Of a DNA stretch of 64,000 nucleotides, positions 12,489 to 25,525 are shown piece by piece. The stretch lies in the NCBI GenBank assembly GCA_021613535.1, contig CP075497.1:5518001-5582000 (forward strand), given 5' to 3'. The notes under the pieces are model-generated. The model worked only from the letters and a program-made list of their open reading frames with translations. It had not been told where the DNA came from and made no database searches. Both the position numbers and the translations under genes were made by a program. Each line of letters begins with the position of its first letter. Within the stretch, counting starts at the first letter, position 1. The DNA is from Adineta vaga. Taxonomy: Eukaryota; Animalia; Rotifera.

Positions 12489-14468
12489 TTACTTCCATCC
12501 ATTGTTATTAAGAAGTTTATCTTCGTTGAGAACGGTTTTCCAATCCAATTCGAAATATTTCTTATCATAACCTTCAACTAAATCCCATTCATCTGTTTTT
12601 TCACTTAAAGTGCGAGATGCTTTTGGAAGTACAGAAATTACTTGTTTAAATGGTAATACTTGTAAATGATTAGGACGTGAAGTATCATCTGGTAAAAGAA
12701 TACCTAAAGAAAATCGAAAATAAGATTTATTTTGAATTCAAAATCGATATTTCATACCGATTTTACGAAGAAATTCAATGGATTGATCACTGTTAAATGT
12801 AATATGTGTATTTGCTTTTGAACGAATCCAATTTTCTATTTCTAATTCAAGATTCTTTTTTGTTAAATCAACATTTTTCTTTTGTTTTCGTAGAATAAAC
12901 ATATACACAAGTAAACTGAAAGAAGAAGAAGAAACGTTCTTTTGAAAAACATCTATCTATTCTTAACTTACACTTCTTTACTTAATTCATCTTCAGCACG
13001 ATCAACAATCATGCCTAATAATTGTTTATTTGATGCAATATTCTTATAAAATAATATTCGATTCATCGTTGATAAATAATTTATTTTTGATCGATGAAAA
13101 TTTCTTAATGACCAAAATCCAAGTAATAATGTTAAACTACTTGCGCTCATCATTAATCCTGGTACATGATAATCTGCCATTTTAGTTAATAAATGTGTTA
13201 CAACTGTACCAGCACCAAGAGCGAGTGTCAATCGCATTAATTGTTGTTCGAAATTTCCCATCTAGTTTTCCTGTAGGTAATAATTGTGTTAAATTTTGCA
13301 ATGGAATATCTCGAAATGCTTTTATATATAAACGATCATGTCCTTTCAAACGTATAGCAAGAATCACCCGTTTAAAATAGTCTCTTGAAGTTATTGAAGT
13401 ATTTTTTGGATAGAATTTTTTCCACCAAGATTTATTTTCTAGTGGCATTTGTTCTCGACCGTGTACCCAAAATTTTAAAACATCATAATCATAACCATCG
13501 ATTTTAACATTTAGATTTGATGATAAAACGGAATCTTGGTGAAGAATGAACTTATCCAGAAGAATATGACGTGGTAATTCAGTAAAATTAGCACGATGTA
13601 GTAAATCATTGATCTTTTGTAATAACCAATATTCATTATCTAAACGATCACGATATGCTACACGACGATTATCAATCGTTTCATTGTCAGGATTTAATGG
13701 ATTGAATAAATATTTTAATTCATTCAAAACAGAATAATAACGTTGAACGACAGCACTATCAAAACCTTGACAAAGTTCATGAAATAAAAGACGATCTTCT
13801 TCATCATCAATATATTCAGAATCCGTTGCAAGTAAACGAATTATTGAAGGACGTGTTAACTAGAAGAATATCTTTTAAATAATTCTAAAAAAGAATATTT
13901 TACTTACGGGAAGAAAATATTCACGTGTTGTTGTGATATTAACAGGAGATGATCGATTTTTTCTCGAGGGAAATAATGGTAAACCAGAGCTAATACCTCG
14001 GAGAAAAGCAGAAAAACCAGATGAAGGAATATGATCCTCTTTTTTTGTCTGCTCTTCTTCAATCGGAGAGGATTTATTTGTTGTTATTGGTACACCGGGT
14101 GAAATAGATGTATTGATTACTTTAGCATCTTGAAAAAGACCATGACCAGTTGGTGTTAAAGACGATGTGGCTTGTAATGGAGAAAAAGCAGTAGCAAATT
14201 TTTCATGACTTGTAACTACTGGTATGGGCTCATTTTTCTCATCTTTAATAGTTCGTTTTGCGGCTAAAAGATCATTCGAAGGAATGGGTTCAATATTTGT
14301 TGTATTGTCATAATAAACTGGATAATTATGTGAATTTGCCACATTTCCAGATTGTTTTTCATTCGTTAGCTTTTGTTGTGGTAATGTCGAAAAACTCGAT
14401 CGTGATATATTGAAAATAAAATACCGACTCGTCTGACGAAGATTATGAGCAACTAACATATTTTTCAT
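12489..14468 (-). CDS. TMEM143: Transmembrane protein 143 (DUF3754 family), multi-exon, with an apparent frameshift near 13262
   Basis: LKYLFNPLNPDNETI, LLHRANFTELP, YFKRVILAIR, KAFRDIPLQNLTQLLP, LFYKNIASN...VDRAEDE..KE match recalled TMEM143 motifs; mitochondrial-presequence-like N-terminus; GT-AG introns. Confidence 0.85.
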
Positions 14469-14971
14469 TCAAATCAACAAAGTAAAAAATATAAGAAACC
14501 ACCGTACTGTATATACATACTAATTACTAACTATAGTTTGTGTAGTGTAGTCTTCGATCAATCAATAGAATGTTTCTTCAGATGGCGTTAGTTACTTCTC
14601 ACCCAAAAATGAATTCATCAACGCAACCGTTTCCTTGAATTGTGTTTGATGAGAAAATTGAATTGTAAATTTTTTTTTCAATGTGTTAGATTATTTTAAT
14701 CATCAAGAGCAAAAAAAGAGACAGCACGCATACAGAAAGCGTACGTCCTAAACAAAAATGTTCCTAACAAAAAACATTTACAATCGAGAGAAAAAATAAT
14801 ATCATATCCACTGAAAGAAAATGAAGACGTTAGTCATACAATACACAAGGATATTCTAACTATCAATATTTTCCTGGAGAAAAAATGAAAGTCTTAGGAT
14901 ATTTTGAATAAATATGCGAAGCTTCTGATTGTTCAATGCAAGAAATGAAGAAATTAATTGTTTTTTCAAGT

Positions 14972-17900
14972 TTATAAACGTGGAAGATGACCTCTGAATA
15001 GATCATCTACAATCGACGATGTTTCACCAGGTGAGATTGTCGGAAATGCTTTCGAGATTGATTTCTTTGTAAAAGGATTCAAAGATGAAGCACGTAGAAA
15101 AGTACTGGTTTTGATTGCATGCATTGCTGTATTTGGTGTTGGTGGTACTAAACCATCAAATGTAGGTGAGGATGGTGGAGTTATTGTACTTGCGGTACGT
15201 AATCGTTGTAAATTTTCGTTATATTTATTCGCCGTTTGATCATTCGATGGAGTAAAAGAAGTTGCTAATGTTTCAAATGTTTGTAATGATAATTTAACTA
15301 AACGTTGCATTGCTTGATGAAGAAGTGCACTTGTTTGAAGTTGAGCACCATGTATTGGTGATGATGGAGGAGTTGTGGGTTCATCAATCTCATCTTCATC
15401 GTCTGTTTCATCAGGATCAGGAATAATCAGAACTGCAGATTTAGGAAGACGAGTGGGTAATGTACATGTTAGAAACGTTTTTTCGAATTCTAACAATGAA
15501 TCAGATGAATTTAATGTGCGTGCAGTTAAACCTTCTTTTGTTAATAATTCAACTAGATTCATTCGACGTTTTGACATACTATAACGTAAAATTCCTTTCA
15601 AATATCATAAATAAAATAAAAGAAAACTTACTCAATAGGTATCGGTATTTCAGGTGAATGTTTTTCTACACTGATCGATAATCGCTCTGTATTAGATAGA
15701 TATATAAGAAACATGAATGATAAATATGTTTTTTATACCTTCTAATTCATTATGTGGTGTTGCAAAATCATCTTCATTATCTTCATTAACTTCATGTAAA
15801 ATTTCAGCACGTGTGTAAACACCGGGTATAGATTGAAGGCACGAAGATAAGCTTGGTTCAGCTAGTTCTTGCCAACGTTTTAACATATTCGATCCTAATG
15901 ATACAGAAAAACGAATATTCTGACGAGAATTTTTCATATTTTTCTATTATTACCTTCTAATCGTTTTACTAATCTTAATCTTGATGATATTCCTGATGGT
16001 AATCTTCGATCACTACTTGTCGAAACAGATCTATATGAAATTCAATTTGAATTCTAAATATCATTGGCATGCATACTTTGATTTATCTATAGGTATAGGT
16101 GAAGATCGCTGACAAAAACGACATGACGAAGCACTAGGGATTAAAAAGCATTGATAATTGAGAGAGCAAAAAGACTTTTTCATGCATATCATTACCTGCT
16201 CAAACTTTCGGTATCACTAAAAGCTGAATCATTCATTGATGATTCTCCGTCCGTATCGCTTTGACCTCGTTTAACGCGACGACGACGAGAAGATTTTCTA
16301 CTTGTTTTGATTGTTGAATGACAAAGTTGATTGGGATCTTCGAGAACTTCTTCAAGTTCTGATTTTAATGAATTTTCGAAACTCATAAAATTAGCATATT
16401 CGATTGGAGAGAGAAAAACCGTATGTTGATTCGAATTCATATCAGCTATTGGAGATGACGACGAGTTTAGAATAACATTTTTCTGTAAGAAATTAATTTC
16501 TTCTTGAGACTTATGAAGTTTTGATAAACATTCACTATAATTCTTTTCTAAATCTTCAATCTAAATATGAAACTAGCAATCATCTTTGTATATAACAGTT
16601 GAAATCTTACTTTAGTTTCATATTCATGTCGAGTTTTGCCTGTTAATGATAGAAGAACTTTTAATTCTTCATTTTCCTTTTTTAATTCTGTTAAACGACG
16701 ATGTACTTCTCGCATTTCATACGATAAACGAACTATTTCATCTTGTTGTTTACTATTCTCATTATTCTTCTTTAAAATTTCTTCTTGTAAAGTATCAATA
16801 TCTGCATTGGCATTAGCTAGAAATCATATTTTCTCATAGTTTATTTTCATTTCATTCATTAAAAGATCAACTTACATAAAGCACCAGCAAAATGATCAAC
16901 AATCGTTTGTTCTTGTTGTTCATAGTTTTCTGCATCAAGCTTTAATTGGACACCCTGATAAGAACAAAAAAAACAATCTTTCAAAAATGTATTTCGATCG
17001 TTTTATTTACTTCAGCTCGTAATTCTTGATTTTCATATTCTAAATTACGAATTTTTTGTTCATAATAATGGCAATCAAATTGACTGAAAATGAAACATAA
17101 AAATTAGATTACGTTCTTGTCTCTAGCTGAAAATTTTTACTTAGATTCTGTTGGAGAAGCATCTTCATCCATATCTGTATAAAATCGAATCAAACGTTCC
17201 TTCAGAAGCAAATCATGTTTCAGTTGTTTAACAATTTCCGTTGTTTGTTCAATATCATGTTCAAGTAATGTTACTTGATTACGTAATGAATCATTACTCT
17301 CCAATAGAGTCTGACCCAAAGTCACCGCCATTTGTAAATCATTCTCGCGATCTTCTAACATGCGAGTTACAGCAGTGATATCATGATACGTTTTTGTCAT
17401 TTGGCTGATTCGATTACTAGATGAAGCTAGAACATTAAAAGATATCGATAGTAGATTTATATTCAAAGATATTTGTTATTATACCGTAATAATCAAGAAG
17501 ACCACGAATTTGTTCGTTTGCTAATGATTCAAATTCAGAACCGTCAATTCGTGGTGTTTGAATAAAATCTTCGTTTGAACAAGCAAAATCAGTATCAGTC
17601 CGTAAACGATAACGTGGAATTAATTCTTGGACAAGACTAACAATTTCAACTTCAGCTAAATTTGATTGGGTATGAATGTCTAAAGAAAACAATTCATATC
17701 AATTAGATATCATTCATATAAATAATAATTACCAATCATTATCAAAAATAATCGATCAATCTCTCATTATCCTCGATTTTGTAGAAAGAAAAGTAATAAA
17801 TGCATGTCTCATACTCACAAGTTATGTTAGAAGAAATCGTTATATGATAAATGGAGCTTTACAATACAGTAAGAAGTCAAGTTCTATCCGTTATTATTTT

Positions 17901-18305
17901 TTTTCTATGAGTTATTTAAATCAACATTGAACAGAAAGAATGAATAATCAAGATAAAAATTGAAGAGTAGTTTTTGTTTCTTTTCTTAATCAAATGTGAT
18001 GAAAAGAAACGTTTGCAACTCTGATATCCTTGTATTGTGATACATATGTAATCGATATTGACAGGACTTACGTGTGCATATTTCGATTACGCAAAAAGAA
18101 AATATTAAGAAAAAGAATCGTTTCTGATTTCATCACAACAAAGATTAAGTAGACATTAATTATGACAAAAAAAAATTTCCTTTTGCCTTGAATGAAATCA
18201 TTTGGATTAGATAAACAGAAAGCAGAATGTAACATGATGCTCACCCGTTAGGACTTCACAATCGACGGTCGATGGACCTTTGGTTGATGTTGTCGCATCG
18301 GACAT
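14972..18305 (-). CDS. TRAK1: Trafficking kinesin-binding protein (TRAK/Milton; HAP1-N coiled coil), multi-exon
   Basis: NLAEVEIVSLVQELIPRYRLRTD, RISQMTKTYHDITAVTRMLEDRENDLQMAVTLGQTLL and GSNMLKRWQELAEPSL match the TRAK/Milton family; first coding exon MSDATT...EVLT at ~18245-18305 splices in frame. Confidence 0.88.
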
Positions 18306-19855
18306 ACAAATGAAAGTAGACAAAACAAAAGTTCAATGACAAACACACACGCACAGGAATGGAATACAAAAGAAAAGTGAACAATTCCAAGTAACTTAGT
18401 TCGTTAAGTAGATATGAAAGAAATACGTCGACGTCGTCGCATCTAGAATATAAAGAGAGCACGAACACTTCATCCAATTTAATATACAAACAGAAGAAGA
18501 AAAGAAAGACATAAGTATCTGAATGAATAATCTGATGTCAATGACATACATACTTGTCTAGTCTAATCAGTAGAAGAATTAATTACATCCAATGATGTTA
18601 AACAATCATTGTATATTTCTGCTCAATTATTTCCATATGTTGATATACAATTAACATCATATTTATAGGAGAAAATTTCTTCTCTGCCAGAAAAGAAAGT
18701 CACAGGAAAATGTATTCTCTGTTGACAGCACGTTCGTTGAACTATGCCTCACAGAATTTCTGACATCATATAGAATGAAAGAAAAATTGCTTCACCTGTC
18801 AGCGGTATTATACACACATATGAAAATATGTGTGTTGTATAAGTGTAATACTATTCTTAGACAAAATCAGCAGGATTCAAATCTATTTACGTCAATCATA
18901 CTGTGAGGATATAAAAGCAATTGTAGCAGCATATGGTTAAATAATGAACAAATGTTGGTCATTGCTGATTGACCTTCTGACTAATGAAGGATTAATTATG
19001 ACCTTCTGATAAAGAGAAAAAGAAAAGTTTCATTGAGAAGAATATCAGTTAATATCAAGTAAAAAAACTACATATCTCAAGGCCAAAGACAATCAATCAG
19101 ACCGAAGAAAGGAAATTAGTTGGAACCAATAAGGATAAAGAAATCGAAGAACATAGTTCGTTCGTTCCAGAAAAAAGGAACAGTGTGGAAAACCAATGAA
19201 ACACAAGCGCTAACTTACATACATACTTTCTTCCTTTTGATATATACATTACATCAAACATGTTAGCGACAATTTATGAATCTTCTTTATTCTTAAGATA
19301 TATTTCAAAATTTACCTCATTGAAGAAGTTTTTTTTTAAATGTCAAGCGATATTTTATTGTATATATATAAATGAGGTTTTACGATCGTTTGTTGTTTGT
19401 GAAGCATATTGATAGCACTAACATATCGACTTCAAAAGTTTAATATTTACACTTTACGTTTATCATGTGAAAAAGTGTTAACTTATCTCGAAAACAAAGC
19501 ATCTGGTTAGTTTTAATTTCGATATATCTACGCTCGTAAATATTATCAATGTATGTTTGAAGGTATAGTCGGATAAATTAGAATATACGTCGTGAATGAA
19601 AAAATGAATATTAATCAATTAGTTCATGAATGATTTAGTATAGAAAATAAAGTTTATCGATATATGATATTAGGCAATTTTTTCATTTCGTTTAAAAGGT
19701 TCTTTATAAATAAATTCAAGAATGCGAATGATATGAATTTGAATGAATAGAGAAGAGTTATTCATACCGATTTCTTTATCGGATCGATCTTTATTTGAAA
19801 ATGTCTAGATTCTCTTTTGTAATTAAACATCCTAAACTTAGATATTTACATGATA

Positions 19856-21616
19856 TCAACGAGAACCAACAAATTTAGCCATTTCAAATGGATTTTTAGC
19901 TGTAAAAAACAAAATTTCTTTTCGACCTTCTTCTTCTCGACCGTGATAATTTTGTATCCAATTTCGATCAACATAGTATCGATATTGATTATTAAATTCA
20001 TCATCGGTATATTTTTGTACTTGAATTGGTACAAATGGTTCAAGTGCTTCGATACCCTACGAAAGAAAACTTCTTTATTGAATAATTCTGATATCTTTTA
20101 ATAATCATTACTTCTGTTCGTAATAATGATTTTACTGTCATTGGTCCATCATACATAAGAACACCTGGTAGGCGATGTTTGGTACGATAATGTCCATGTA
20201 GAACGAGCCAATTATCTTTTTCACGTACTTTTGGAATAAGGACACCTTTTGGTCCAATAGTGACAACAATAAAAGCATTATTCCAATCTGGTAGAAGCAA
20301 TTCTTGTAAAGCTTTTACCATCGTTACTTCATTCGGTTTCACCTTTGAAAAAGAGTAATTATACAATAACAAATTTATGAATATAACATACAGTTGATTT
20401 ATCCGGTTTAACAATCCATGTTGGTCCATAGTAACTGTTAATAGTATCAAATGTAACTAAGGTTTGAATACTAATGAAATAGGAAAATATGTTAAAGTTA
20501 TTTTTAAATATTGATTTACTTTTTCTCTTTCACTTGAGTTTTCACTTCTTTTACAATTGCTCCAACACATTCCGAAGCATATTTAATTCTCTCGGTTGCC
20601 TAAACAATAGTATTGTTATCAAGAACTAATCCAAAAATAAAGACGATCACTTACATAACCAATAAGATCAAGAAGATGTGTTCCGGCTGGTGTTGATTCT
20701 CGAGCACTCCATGTATAAGTAAATTTCGTTCGAAACTAAATCAAATAAAACACGCAACTAAATATTTCGATTTCGAACCATTCGTTACATCTGTTTCTTT
20801 TAGTAGTTCTTCATTATTAATGGCGAATGTTTTTAGCCAAGCACTTGCAGCTGCTGGTGTATCCCACATTTGTTCATTGTTTGGTGATGGTGTTGCATCT
20901 AGTGCTAATTTTAAAACTTCCATTGCTAAAAAGAAAATTAAAAAGTTAAAGTCCTTTTTTGTTTTTCGTCGAGATTTACCAGTTGGTGTATTGAGTAGTA
21001 ACATTTTCTTTCGAAAACCATAATGTAAAATATGAAAAAGAGATAAACTCATTCCAACACCAATTTCAGATGGAACTAAAGACAATTTGATATAGACAAT
21101 GAAATGATAAGATAAGACTTACAAAGTACGACTTTTAAAGGAGGTAAATTCCAATTGATTTGTTTCATTAATCTAATCACATCAAGTGATGGTTGACGAA
21201 TCATAACTGCCGTTTCATTGAATGCTTCACACTAGAAAAAAACGAATCAAATAGAATTCTTATGGAAAACAATCTTATTTTACTTCTTCTCGAAATTGTA
21301 ATGGAAGTGCTTTACCAAATGGACTAATTTTTTTCAAATCATCTGGATTAACTGTATAAAATAAACCAACATCTTTCTCTGTATGCAAAAGCTAAATAGA
21401 AAATTATAGTTGAATTATTTCCAAAAAAAAAAGATCTTTTTTTTATTATACCGGATCATTATTTGTTGTTCGAAATGGTTGTTCAACTTTTGATTGAAAT
21501 GAATCTTGTGCTACTGAATGAACATCAATAGTACGAGTGGCTGAACTTGCATAAAATCGATACAATGATCGATATGCACCACGAGCACGTATCAGACAAG
21601 ATGTTATCAATGTCAT
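19856..21616 (-). CDS. DAP3: Mitochondrial 28S ribosomal protein S29 / death-associated protein 3, multi-exon
   Basis: Presequence-like N-terminus; FRTTNNDP, EAFNETAVMIRQP, WDTPAAASAWLKTF, YTWSARESTPAG, RIKYASECVGAIVKEVK, EALEPFVPIQV. Confidence 0.88.
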
Positions 21617-21854
21617 TCGATTTCTAAACAAACTATCCTCGACGTTTCAAATTCGATTCTCTAGCAAAGAAATCAATGGAATATTTTCTAACCAATCCCT
21701 GATACTGATAATTTGATTGGTTCTTTTCAACCACATCAAATGTGATTTCTTCTTCATCTTGTTTTTTCTTCATTCTTACTATTTTATTGTCGTTGATAAT
21801 ACAATGTTTTTCTAACATAAATAAAAATTTTGTCTCATATGTATTAGATAAATA
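21617..21854. promoter_or_regulatory. Short bidirectional promoter region between head-to-head DAP3 and PGRMC
   Basis: Divergent ATGs at 21616 (-) and 21855 (+), 238 bp apart. Confidence 0.6.
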
Positions 21855-22730
21855 ATGGATGTAGATTCGAAAGAAACTGTTCAAACTGATTCATCATTAT
21901 TAAGAAAATTAAGTCTTCTATTTCAACGATTGATTAATGATATATGGAGCAGTCCAATAAATCTTCTTCTAACCGTTTTAATTTTATGTTTACTTGTAAA
22001 ATTATTCTTATTAAAACGTAAATCATCTGGGAAATCTAATGAAAAAAAAATATTAAAACAATTACCAAAAATGCCGAAAACTGATTTAACAGTCCAGCAA
22101 TTACGTGGTTATAATGGTATTGAATCGAATGGAAGAATTCTTACTGCAATCTATGGAGATATATTTGACGTTAGTAAACGAAGTGACTTATATGGAATAG
22201 GTAAATTTATTTCGAAAGATTATTCGTATCAAAGATGATGACCTTTTTTCGATAAACGAAAACCTTGATATCAAGGACAAACGATCGAACAGAAAGAGAA
22301 AAGAAAAATCACATGTAATGGATTTTCCTATATGTCCTTGAATATCAATTAATCATAAGAGATCTAACATTTGTTGAAAAAGACCATGATTTTTCTTTAT
22401 AACAGGAGGATCATATTCATTATTTGCTGGACGTGATGCAACACGTGCATTATCCAAAATGCAATTAGATCCATCTTTATTTTCTAATGAATATGATGAT
22501 CTATTGAATTTAACAGAGAAAGAACGATCAACAGTAAGAAGTTGGAATGAAGATTATCGAGGTAATATAAATAAATAAGAAACAGTAATCATTATTATGT
22601 TTATATTTTCTTAGAAAAATATGATATCGTTGGTCGTTTATTAAAACCAGGAGAAAAACCAACTATGTATCCATCTGAAGAAACAACTATTGATGGTGGT
22701 TATGATCTAAACAATAAGAAAAAAGAATAA
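21855..22730 (+). CDS. PGRMC1: Membrane-associated progesterone receptor component (cytochrome b5-like heme/steroid-binding); exons 21855-22200, 22406-22561, ~22615-22730
   Basis: TM helix then LPKMPKTDLTVQQLRGYNG..GRILTAIYGDIFDVS..LYGIGGSYSLFAGRDATRAL..EKYDIVGRLLKPGEKPTMY. Confidence 0.92.
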
Positions 22731-23076
22731 ACAAAATTTGCAATCATTTTTTTTTGTTATGTATATGTTTACCTAATCGACGATAGTTCTTTCATATTAT
22801 CAAATAGCCGAAGGAAAGAAAACAATGCACTACTTTTTTTTTACTGAAAATCTCTATTAGAACGTTAGGTTCACTTGTTTTTCATATACTTATCATAGAT
22901 GGGTGTTGTGAAAATGAATAGAAAGATATATATGTATTTGCATGTCATCATATTCTATTCATTTTAACTCTTTAATAAACATTTTTTTTTCTGTTTGATT
23001 ATCATTTAAATGCATGCTCATTTTTCATACTTGTATTTTCTTTAAGATAAAAACGGTTGTTTCGAAGAACAGATCA

Positions 23077-25342
23077 ATGCATAAATCAGAGGTATTATTT
23101 GAAATAAAATAGTTTTCAAACAAAGCTGTTTCCTTTAGCTAGACATCATCACCGATTGTTATTTCAGTTAATAAATTATTTGATCATATTGATGAAAATG
23201 AACGATGTGATATCATTGTATCCAATGTTTTATTTGATGATCTCTTTGCATCCAATGATGAACCCTTAATAACTCATGTACGTGTAATTGATAAATCCGA
23301 AAAATACATTGAATGTATTGTTTTTATATTCCAGCTTGATTCTGTTTCAGTACAATCATCACGTGTTGCTAATCAACGAACAAATTCATTTATTAGTAGT
23401 CGACAAAATGGCCGTGGATTGGGATCAACAATTAGTTCACGAAATCCTAAAAGGTTCGTTTTAGATTAATTTTTGTCTACAATGAAAACATTGGATTTTA
23501 ACTTTGTCTAGAAATCGAAACAATAGTCTTGAAGAATATCCTTTACATCTCGCATGTCAAAATGGTCAAATTGAAGTTGTTGGAAAATTATTACAAGAAT
23601 TTACACCTGTAACATTGGAACATGACATGAATCGATGGACACCATTGCATCATGCTGCTTGGTATGAATGTATTATTTTCATCTTTATTGTTCATTAGAT
23701 TTCTTTTCTAAAGGCATGGTCATCATCGTATTGTTGAATTATTGCTTCGTTCAAAAAGATTTTCTGTCAATGCAGTTGATAATGCTCATATGAGTCCATT
23801 GCATTTGGCTGCATTAGCTGGTCGTGCAGAGGTTATTCGTATTCTACTTGAATGTCCTGATATCAATGTGGTATGTTTTGTACTAGAAAGATTTCTTATC
23901 AATTGTTGTCAATTATTCTAGCATGCAAAAAATAAAGATAGTAAAACAGCATTTGATTTTTGTCAACAGAATCCAAATCATGATTGGCAATTATGTACAG
24001 AATTAATTCAAAAATTTCTTCAAAAACCGGTACTAGATTTTATAATTGCTGGTATTTAATATTTTATTCTGAAATAATTTTAGTTAGAAAAAATCAAAAT
24101 ATGTCTAGCGGATGGTAGTACAATTGAACTTGATCTCGTTTCTGGTCCAGCTGAAACAACTGTTCGTCAATTACATACGCAAATGATGACACGTTTACGT
24201 TTACCCAATGAAGTTTCTCATGTATTTGGTATATGGATTTGTTCAAAAAGTGTTCGTATTCAATTAAATCCGGATCATAAACCCGTTCAATTTCTATTGA
24301 ATTGGAAACGTTATGCAAGTGAATTAACAACTATTCCAAATGACTCATCACTTCGAAATCCGTCTGCCGCTTCTCCAACATTAAATTCCCCTTCTGAAGA
24401 TGCACAACTATGGTGGTCACGTGATACATTACTTAAAATTGAATTCGAACGACGTCTTCGTATTCCTCATGTGATACATTTATTATTTCTTGAAGCATAT
24501 CAAAATTATCTTCTTGCTTATTATCCATGTACTGATGAAGATGCGATTGAATTCGCTGTTTTAATGATGGGCATCAATGAAAAACAATTGGATGATAAAT
24601 TATGGGAGAATTTTTTCAATAATGATTCAAATAATATTTCATTATTAATTCCGGCCGAAAAATTAAAACGTGGAGGAATTATTTATTGGCGTAAAACGAT
24701 TTTAAAACGATATAAAGAAGTATTTATGGATGATCAAAGCATGCACAATCGATCACAATTAACACTCTATCTTAAAATGCAATTTCTCAATCTTGCACAG
24801 AATCTAACTAGTTATGGTTCATCATTTTTTACAGGTGACTTTGTTTTTGTTGATCAAAAAAGCGTTTTTTTTATTGGAGAAATTTTCTAGGTGAACATGA
24901 ACATCGTAATCGTCGAACAAGTGTCTATATCTGTGTCAATGATGTTGGTGTTCATTTAATCAGTCGTTCAACTAAATTACAAGAATATTCTTTTTCATAT
25001 CAACAAATGACATTTACAATTGAAACAGAAGCTCAATCAACATTAGAAATCAATGTTAAAGATAATAAAAATGTTGATCATACACGATCAATGAATTCAA
25101 CAAATTCTTCAAATAATAAACATACAAAAACTTCGATTTTTTCATTTTCATCCTCCAAACAACAGTCGAATAAAACCGATCGATCATCCTCCACATCTTT
25201 ATCATCTGTATTAGCTAATTCTTTAAATAACAATGAACATCAGCAAAAGAATCATAATCGACATATTTTATATACGAAACAAAATTTTCTAATTTATCAT
25301 CTAATGAGTAATTTTGCCCAAGAACAAGGATCTTTTATATAA
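23077..25342 (+). CDS. KRIT1: KRIT1/CCM1-like ankyrin-repeat + FERM domain protein, multi-exon, short N-terminus
   Basis: EEYPLHLAC, WTPLHHAAW and SPLHLAA ankyrin repeats followed by FERM (FGIWICSKSVRIQLNPDHKP, YYPCTDEDAI, FLNLAQNLTSYGSSFFTG, VYICVNDVGVHLI). Confidence 0.82.
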
Positions 25343-25525
25343 AAACCAACCATCAAAGAACAAACTTTTCTTTTCTTTACATAAATTTTTATCTTTGTTT
25401 TTCGGGTTTTGTTATTCTATTTTGTGAATATGTAAATGATATCATACAGGTGATATGATAGTTATTTGTTGTATGTTTTTTCTTTTTCTTCTTCTTCTTC
25501 TTCTTTTCTATAGACCATTGTAATC

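Noticed and set aside
13240-13280. Programmed ribosomal frameshift in TMEM143 near GGGAAATTT (minus strand)
   Set aside because: The downstream frame already reads as plausible protein before that site, and similar indels occur in unrelated genes; consensus error is simpler.
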